From the IMG/VR virus record IMGVR_UViG_2802429241_000009: a stretch of DNA of 39,485 bases; one strand, written 5' to 3'. Below, piece by piece: positions 33,936-39,485 of the stretch; within the stretch, counting starts at the first letter, position 1, and each line of letters starts with the position of its first letter. A model generated the notes under the pieces. It ran no database searches. It was given only the letters and a program-made list of their open reading frames with translations, and was not told the origin of the DNA. Made by a program: the position numbers and the translations under genes. Origin of the DNA: a virus (lineage: Duplodnaviria > Heunggongvirae > Uroviricota > Caudoviricetes).

Positions 33936-33955
33936 AACTGTATATTTATACAGTA
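33936..33955. promoter_or_regulatory. LexA box (SOS box) candidate
   Basis: AACTGTATATTTATACAGTA: CTGT-N8-ACAG with an all-A/T spacer, 18 of 20 matches to TACTGTATATATATACAGTA as recalled; 21 nt upstream of the ATG of the minus-strand gene 33659..33916. Confidence 0.7.
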
Positions 33956-33992
33956 TCAAATAATTTGTTTGCTATCCAGCACGTTTTGCAAA

Positions 33993-34007
33993 TTACCTGA
34001 AAGGTAA
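33993..34007. promoter_or_regulatory. Operator-like palindrome TTACC-N5-GGTAA in the divergent region between the small antirepressor-domain gene and the tailspike
   Basis: Exact inverted repeat. Confidence 0.5.
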
Positions 34008-34111
34008 TATCTATTCGTATTCACAGTCTTTCTATCCATATGTGGTTTTTCAGGTAATAGAATAACCAGATATGCGGCGCAACGGGTGCTGCGACTATCT
34101 GGAGATTTAAC

Positions 34112-36244
34112 ATGACGGTCTCAACCGAAGTTGACCACAACGAATACACCGGTAACGGCGTTACGACATCATTTCCGTATACCTTCCGTATTTTCAAAAA
34201 ATCCGACCTGGTTGTTCAGGTGTCTGACCTGAACGGGAACGTAACAGAATTGGTTCTGGATACCGGTTATACGGTAACAGGGGCGGGCACTTATAGTGGC
34301 GGTTCTGTGGTTCTTCCGTCTCCGCTTGCTACTGGATGGCGAATTACGATAGATCGTGTGCTTGATGTAGTGCAAGAGACAGACCTTCGCAATCAGGGAA
34401 AGTTTTTTCCCGAAGTGCATGAAGATGCCTTTGACTATCTGACGATGCTGATCCAGCAATGTTTTGGATGGTTCAGACGTGCATTGATGAAACCCACGTT
34501 GCTTGCAAAATATTATGATGCAAAGCAAAACAGAATTTCTAACCTTGCAGATCCATCATTTGAGCAGGACGCTGTAAATAATCGCTCAATGCGTAATTAT
34601 GTCGATGCTGCAATCGCCGGGGTTGTTGGTGGTTTTGGCTGGTTTATTCAGTATGGTTCTGGGGCAGTATACAGAACGTTCCAGGATAAGATGCGAGATA
34701 CCGTCAGTGTTCGCGATTTTGGGGCGAAGGGGGATGGTTTTAGTGATGATACCCCATATATTCAGCAAGCAAATGATACAGCCACATCAATTGGTGCCAC
34801 ATTACATTTCCCAAGAGGGGTTTACGTTTGTACTGATGGGATTGATAAAACGTGCGAGTGGACTGGTGTTGGTGCGGCAAAAATAGGTGTATTTCCACTA
34901 AACGATGATAAAGTTTATATGGTTCCAGGAAATAAGCACAAATTGCCTGGAACTTGCCTCTTATTCAAAGGTACGGGTAGTAAGGTATTTACTACAGGAA
35001 GAAGTGATAAATTCTCATCTATGCGTTATTGTATCCGTAATATCGGTCGAAAAGATAAAGGGCTCACTGCATTTGGTAGGGATTTTTCTGTCGTTTGCGA
35101 TTTTGACTTTAAAGATCAAGATGGAAACATAACGCAACCTAATAATGATAATTCTGCGGATTATGATGTTGGGTTGATACTTGACAATACCGATTTGTCA
35201 GGACCAGTTAATGTTACTGTTGGTGGTTACTTTAAAAAATCTGGAATTGTACACATGGGGCAGGATCCCGATGGTTGTACAATTATCAATACACGCACAA
35301 TGGGGAACATTGGTCTTGCTATTATTGGTGATCAAACAGGAACTAACAGTGCATTCAATATGCACGGTGGCGCTATTTTTGGCAATGATCACCATAGTCG
35401 AAACACCGAACAAGGTGTTGAAAAATGGGGTGAGCATGCACTTTACATTGATATTCCATCATCGTCAGGAAACGGTTCTAGAAACGGTATTTCTTTTTAC
35501 GGAACCTGGTTAGCGACTAAGTTGGATGTTCCTGTAAAATATGACAGATGTGGAGCCGTTCAGTATTTTGGTGTGGTGTTTGAGAATGCAACACAAGCAG
35601 GTAGCCAACAAGCTGGAGGTATTAAAAAACAAATTGGAACCAGTAATACAGGTGATATAGGTTTCTTTGGGTGCAGATTTAATTCAGACCAGATACGTAT
35701 TTCTGGTGCCTTATTGGAGACTGCGACGGAATCGACAGTGATCGTTTCTGGAAGTAATGCTGGATATGGTGTTGAATTTTGGAAAGGAAAGGTTGGAGGG
35801 CGTTTTACAGGAAGCAAAAATCAAACAAATATTCAACTAACGGATGATCCAACAAAAACAACTAGTGGTATTGTTCTTCGTCGTGACAATACAGGAAATT
35901 TCCATGTAATGAAAGATAATGACATTAAATTATCAGTTGATGATAAAGGCATTATCACTAGATCATCTTATACAGTTGTTACTGTTTCTGCTGGAGAAAT
36001 TACTGTTACCAGAAACTTTCATAGATTATCTGGAGGGGCGCAAGAGTTATCTACTATTAATGGTGGTAATGAAGGAATGAGGGTAATTCTTACACGTAAT
36101 ACATCAGCGGATGACATAACATTGAAGAATCAGATAGGAAACCTTCGTATCAATGGTGATTTCATGTTAGGTGCTTTTGACACCATCGAATTGATCTACA
36201 TCGGAGGATACTGGAATGAGATTTCACGTGTAAATCGCTCTTAA
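34112..36244 (+). CDS. Tailspike / tail fiber with beta-helix depolymerase-like central domain
   Basis: N-terminus MTVSTEVDHNEYTGNGVTTSFPYTF resembles the conserved podovirus tail-fiber anchor domain; VRDFGAKGDGFSDDTPYIQQA resembles pectate-lyase-type beta-helix starts; distal part AT-rich. Confidence 0.8.
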   Translation: MTVSTEVDHNEYTGNGVTTSFPYTFRIFKKSDLVVQVSDLNGNVTELVLDTGYTVTGAGTYSGGSVVLPSPLATGWRITIDRVLDVVQETDLRNQGKFFPEVHEDAFDYLTMLIQQCFGWFRRALMKPTLLAKYYDAKQNRISNLADPSFEQDAVNNRSMRNYVDAAIAGVVGGFGWFIQYGSGAVYRTFQDKMRDTVSVRDFGAKGDGFSDDTPYIQQANDTATSIGATLHFPRGVYVCTDGIDKTCEWTGVGAAKIGVFPLNDDKVYMVPGNKHKLPGTCLLFKGTGSKVFTTGRSDKFSSMRYCIRNIGRKDKGLTAFGRDFSVVCDFDFKDQDGNITQPNNDNSADYDVGLILDNTDLSGPVNVTVGGYFKKSGIVHMGQDPDGCTIINTRTMGNIGLAIIGDQTGTNSAFNMHGGAIFGNDHHSRNTEQGVEKWGEHALYIDIPSSSGNGSRNGISFYGTWLATKLDVPVKYDRCGAVQYFGVVFENATQAGSQQAGGIKKQIGTSNTGDIGFFGCRFNSDQIRISGALLETATESTVIVSGSNAGYGVEFWKGKVGGRFTGSKNQTNIQLTDDPTKTTSGIVLRRDNTGNFHVMKDNDIKLSVDDKGIITRSSYTVVTVSAGEITVTRNFHRLSGGAQELSTINGGNEGMRVILTRNTSADDITLKNQIGNLRINGDFMLGAFDTIELIYIGGYWNEISRVNRS

Positions 36245-36338
36245 CTTCTTATCGAAAATAGAGGTTATTTTTATTCATATATGGTTTATGTATCATAAAG
36301 CCACCAGTTAATTGGTTACACACTTAAAAGGTGGTTTT

Positions 36339-36743
36339 ATGATAGCTCATCCAACAAGTGAGTCTTTAAATCAATGGCTTAGCATGGGGTCTCTTGCTGC
36401 TGTTATTGCTGGGGTTCCTCCGGAGGTGGCTCTTGGTGCTTTATCTGGCGCGGTGATTTTTGTTACCTCAGCTGTAGAGTATCCGATCCGCCGTCGGGTG
36501 CTACTGTCGATGCTCAGCTTTCTTTGCGGCCTTCTCTTCTACAAACCAGCAGCATCAATTCTTATCGGCATAGCCAGCCTGATCCCTACCATCACGCAGG
36601 ACTCTTTTGAAAAAGGGATTGTTTTCTCTGCTGGCGCATTCGTGTCAGCAATTGTCGCCGTGCGTATTGGTATATGGCTCTATCACCGTTCCGATAATCC
36701 ACGCGAGTTAATTCCGGGGAGAAAAGACGATGGTAACGCATGA
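36339..36743 (+). CDS. Holin/antiholin-like multi-pass membrane protein
   Basis: Hydrophobic ORF at the start of the lysis cassette; ATG after AAAGGTGG (track ORF starts at TTG 36312). Confidence 0.5.
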   Translation: MIAHPTSESLNQWLSMGSLAAVIAGVPPEVALGALSGAVIFVTSAVEYPIRRRVLLSMLSFLCGLLFYKPAASILIGIASLIPTITQDSFEKGIVFSAGAFVSAIVAVRIGIWLYHRSDNPRELIPGRKDDGNA

Positions 36744-37038
36744 TTTTTTTTTGCTTATCACCAATGCAGTTATTTGCACTGGCATAGCAATTCGCGTTGT
36801 CACATTCCGGCGTAACGGCTCTCAACACCGAAGGTGGGGAGGATGGCTTGCTTATTTCCTGATTGTTGCTGCGGCCAGTATTCCTGTTCGTGTCGCCTAT
36901 GCAATCTGGTTACGTACGCCAATGGCTGTGGATTTATCTGAGGTCATTATCAACGCTGTCATGCTAGCTGCGGTTATTAAAACGCGCGGTAACGTCGTTC
37001 AAATTTTCAAAGTATCGAGGTCTAAATATGGAGATTAA
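36730..37038 (+). CDS. Holin-like membrane protein (about 3 TM segments)
   Basis: 102 aa hydrophobic protein immediately upstream of the endolysin. Confidence 0.55.
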   Translation: MVTHDFFLLITNAVICTGIAIRVVTFRRNGSQHRRWGGWLAYFLIVAAASIPVRVAYAIWLRTPMAVDLSEVIINAVMLAAVIKTRGNVVQIFKVSRSKYGD

Positions 37039-37657
37039 ACAATTCCAGCGAGCTGCTGGTATTAGCGAGGCGTTGGCCTCACGCTGGTTCTCGCATATAA
37101 CTTCTGCGATGAAAGAGTTTGGTATCAGCAAACCCGAAGATCAGGCAATGTTTATTGCTCAGGTCGGGCATGAGTCTGGGGGCTTCACCCGGTTGCAGGA
37201 AAATTTCAACTACAGCGTCACCGGACTGGCTAACTTCGTTCGGGCTGGGCGTCTCACTCAGGGACAGGCCAACGCATTGGGGCGCCGTGCTGGTGAACCA
37301 CCATTGCCACTTGATCGCCAGAGAGCGATCGCCAATCTGGTGTACAGCAAACGCATGGGGAACAATGCCTCTGGTGATGGCTGGAATTACCGTGGCCGCG
37401 GACTTATCCAGATTACCGGTTTGAATAACTATCGTGATTGCGGAAACGGCCTGAAAGTGGACCTGCTGGAGAATCCTGAACTGTTGGCGCAGGACGAATA
37501 TGCGGCTCGTAGCGCGGCGTGGTTCTTCGCCAGCAAAGGATGCATGAAGTATACCGGCGATATTGCACGTGTAACTCTGATTATCAATGGTGGCCGGAAC
37601 GGCATCGACGACCGGCGCGCGCGGTACATCACTGCCAGTAAGGTGCTGGCGGTATGA
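37028..37657 (+). CDS. Endolysin, glycoside hydrolase family 19-like
   Basis: [15 protein letters not shown] resembles the GH19 signature; GHESGGF segment; position between holin and Rz. Confidence 0.8.
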   Translation: MEIKQFQRAAGISEALASRWFSHITSAMKEFGISKPEDQAMFIAQVGHESGGFTRLQENFNYSVTGLANFVRAGRLTQGQANALGRRAGEPPLPLDRQRAIANLVYSKRMGNNASGDGWNYRGRGLIQITGLNNYRDCGNGLKVDLLENPELLAQDEYAARSAAWFFASKGCMKYTGDIARVTLIINGGRNGIDDRRARYITASKVLAV

Positions 37658-38136
37658 TCTGGGCATTCGCAAAAGCATACTGGAAACAGTTGGTTATCAT
37701 GGCGATGCTTGCTGTTCTGGTCATATCAGGAGTTGTTGCCTGGAATGTACACGGTAGCCGTCAGTACGACGCCGGGTATGCACAGGCGAAGGAAGACCGC
37801 AAAGCTGAAGATGAGAGAGTTCGTCAGCACTACGAACAGGAGAAAGCGACCAATGAACGTGAAGCTCAGCAGAGGATCGACCAGGCGCGCAATGATGCTC
37901 TTGATGCTGCCGCTCGCGCTGGCCGGTTGCAGCAACAACTCTTTGCCATCCGTGAGCAGCTCAGGCAGTATAACGCCATTGTCGGCGCTGGGACGTCAGC
38001 CGCAGACACCGGAGTTTTGCTTGCCGACGTGCTCAGCAAATCTCTCGAGAGAAACAGACAACTGGCAGAGTATGCTGACCGGGCATCCGAAGCCGGAAGA
38101 GTCTGCGAAAAACAGTACGACACTCTGACCAGATAG
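37654..38136 (+). CDS. Rz-like inner-membrane spanin
   Basis: N-terminal TM then coiled-coil, Arg/Gln-rich periplasmic domain; ATGA overlap with the endolysin stop; contains an embedded +1-frame lipoprotein ORF. Confidence 0.7.
   Translation: MIWAFAKAYWKQLVIMAMLAVLVISGVVAWNVHGSRQYDAGYAQAKEDRKAEDERVRQHYEQEKATNEREAQQRIDQARNDALDAAARAGRLQQQLFAIREQLRQYNAIVGAGTSAADTGVLLADVLSKSLERNRQLAEYADRASEAGRVCEKQYDTLTR
37853..38128 (+). CDS. Rz1-like outer-membrane lipoprotein spanin (embedded in Rz, different frame)
   Basis: ATG after AGGAGA; lipobox LPLALAGC; Pro/Ser-rich mature part; entirely within the Rz gene. Confidence 0.55.
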   Translation: MNVKLSRGSTRRAMMLLMLPLALAGCSNNSLPSVSSSGSITPLSALGRQPQTPEFCLPTCSANLSRETDNWQSMLTGHPKPEESAKNSTTL

Positions 38137-38321
38137 CATGGCATTTTTCATGGTACTGATTTCCGGTGACGGTATATAAAACGGTACTAGAAAAATGAAG
38201 TTTTGGAAAAACGTTATCACTCAATTGGTTATGATTGTCGTAAATAATTGAGTGGGAATAAACCCGAACACTAAATGCTGAGGTTTTCTATTCGTACGAG
38301 GCTTCAGCATATTTTGGTAAC

Positions 38322-38354
38322 AAAACCCTCTGTTCATCCACTGGAGGGTTTTTT
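38322..38354 (+). terminator. Intrinsic terminator after the lysis cassette (A-run / hairpin / T-run, potentially bidirectional)
   Basis: AAAACCCTC ... GAGGGTTTTTT with a 13-nt loop; a second hairpin at 38275..38310 precedes it. Confidence 0.65.
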
Positions 38355-38411
38355 ATGCAATTAAAAAGCCCATAATCCTCACGAATTACAGGCCTGGTAG
38401 TGGAAAGACGA

Positions 38412-38954
38412 TTAATTAAACCAACTGTCTGATTTATTCTCTTCTGCTTTACCCACGCTTTTCATCAAATCACGACCACCTTCAGTCATATTCCTGTTAG
38501 CGTCAGCTTCAGATTGTACAACATCGGTTTGCGCTGCTTTGTGTTTCAGTTCCTGATCGATAAATTCGTTCTCACGCTTAACGCGCGCTTCTTCTTTTGC
38601 CAGCGCCAGTTTTTGCTTCTGAATCTCTAAGTTGCGCAGCTCATCTTCATAACTTTGATCGCGCTTTTTATCCGCAGTGAATTCGGCGTCCCGTTTATCC
38701 TGGCGAGCTTTTTTATCCGCTGCTGCTGCTGCCGCTCTTTTATTCGCTGCGGCCTGAGCGTTTGCGCGCCGTTGCTTCTCTTGCTGGATTTCCCTGTTGC
38801 GCTCCGCAACCCATTCGTCATGCTGCCTTTGTTCTTCATTTTTGCCTTGCTGTTCAGCTTCTGCGACCGCAGAGAGTTGATCCTGTAATGAAGAGGCGAA
38901 AGCCGGGCTACTAACAGCAGCTAATATGGCGGCGCAAAGAAAAACTTTCTTCAT
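38412..38954 (-). CDS. Exported coiled-coil protein (signal peptide, Lys/Ala/Glu/Arg-rich); host flank or prophage cargo
   Basis: MKKVFLCAAILAAVSSPAFA signal peptide; charged low-complexity mature region. Confidence 0.6.
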   Translation of the reverse strand: MKKVFLCAAILAAVSSPAFASSLQDQLSAVAEAEQQGKNEEQRQHDEWVAERNREIQQEKQRRANAQAAANKRAAAAAADKKARQDKRDAEFTADKKRDQSYEDELRNLEIQKQKLALAKEEARVKRENEFIDQELKHKAAQTDVVQSEADANRNMTEGGRDLMKSVGKAEENKSDSWFN

Positions 38955-38969
38955 GAGTCCTCCTGATAG

Positions 38970-39485
38970 TTAGCTCTTTTCAGGACATTTTGTATTTGGC
39001 TGAATACGCGTTTCGTTATAAGTGGTGGTAATAACAACGGCTAAACCCGTTGTGAACTGGCATTCTTTACCCACCTGGGTGGAGGTGTACACTTTGGTGC
39101 CTTCCTTATAAGTTAAAGAGACACCTTCCACTAAGGTTTTATCATTCACCATAGTACCCGCTGCCGCGCCTACAGCTCCGCCACCAACTGCACCAGCCGT
39201 TGTTCCGGAGTTACTACCAGATCCAACGTTATGGCCGATAACGCCGCCTGCGACAGCGCCAATAAGTGCGCCAAAGGCTTGCGCATTCCGTTTATTTTGT
39301 GAGTTATCTACGGCAACTTTTGCGGGAAGAATGGAGATAATATTAACGGTTTTAGTTTCTTGCTTTGTATTCAGTTGATCGGTTTGATAGACATCGGCGG
39401 CATGGTCGTCAGCATTTGACTGGCATCCTGCCAGGGTGAATGACGCTAAAATTGCCACAGGCAGAAAACATTTTTTAAATTTCAT
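38970..39485 (-). CDS. Glycine-zipper outer-membrane lipoprotein (YcfJ-like); host flank or prophage cargo
   Basis: Lipobox LAGC; GALIGAVAGGVIGHNVGSG glycine-zipper segment resembling E. coli YcfJ as recalled; start codon is the last three bases of the window. Confidence 0.6.
   Translation of the reverse strand: MKFKKCFLPVAILASFTLAGCQSNADDHAADVYQTDQLNTKQETKTVNIISILPAKVAVDNSQNKRNAQAFGALIGAVAGGVIGHNVGSGSNSGTTAGAVGGGAVGAAAGTMVNDKTLVEGVSLTYKEGTKVYTSTQVGKECQFTTGLAVVITTTYNETRIQPNTKCPEKS

Noticed and set aside
1-39485. CRISPR arrays, insertion sequences, transposases, rRNA genes
   Set aside because: No regularly spaced direct repeats with unique spacers, no terminal inverted repeats flanking a transposase-like ORF and no rRNA-like sequence were seen.

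Overview
The window is essentially one temperate, podovirus-like prophage (about 38.1 kb, from the integrase at position 1 to the lysis cassette ending near 38136) from an enterobacterial-type host, plus two leftward genes for exported proteins at the right edge. All calls were made by eye from the sequence and the ORF track; no database search was run, so family names are recognition from motifs and gene order. Layout: integrase (+); a leftward, translationally coupled early operon (recombination exonuclease, RecT-like annealing protein, AlpA-like regulator, MT-A70 methylase); a divergent repressor/Cro-like immunity region; lambda O/P-like replication genes with iteron-like repeats; a block of small genes; terminase small and large subunits; an internal tRNA-Arg(UCU) on the opposite strand; a T7-like morphogenesis module (portal, scaffold, capsid, tail tube A/B-like, internal virion proteins); an accessory island; a tailspike with an AT-rich distal part; and a holin/GH19 endolysin/Rz/Rz1 cassette. 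The most interesting signals are (1) a 15-bp palindrome TTACC-N5-GGTAA present as 9 exact copies, all intergenic, at the immunity region and at five other promoter regions; (2) a near-consensus LexA box directly upstream of an 85-aa gene that is homologous to the C-terminal domain of a BRO-N antirepressor, next to a repressor with no visible autocleavage module; (3) a structured leader/attenuator upstream of the BRO-N antirepressor; and (4) an accessory island between the ejection-protein genes and the tailspike carrying membrane proteins, a signal-peptide microprotein and a membrane-anchored tandem zinc-ribbon protein. No CRISPR array, IS element or transposase was seen.
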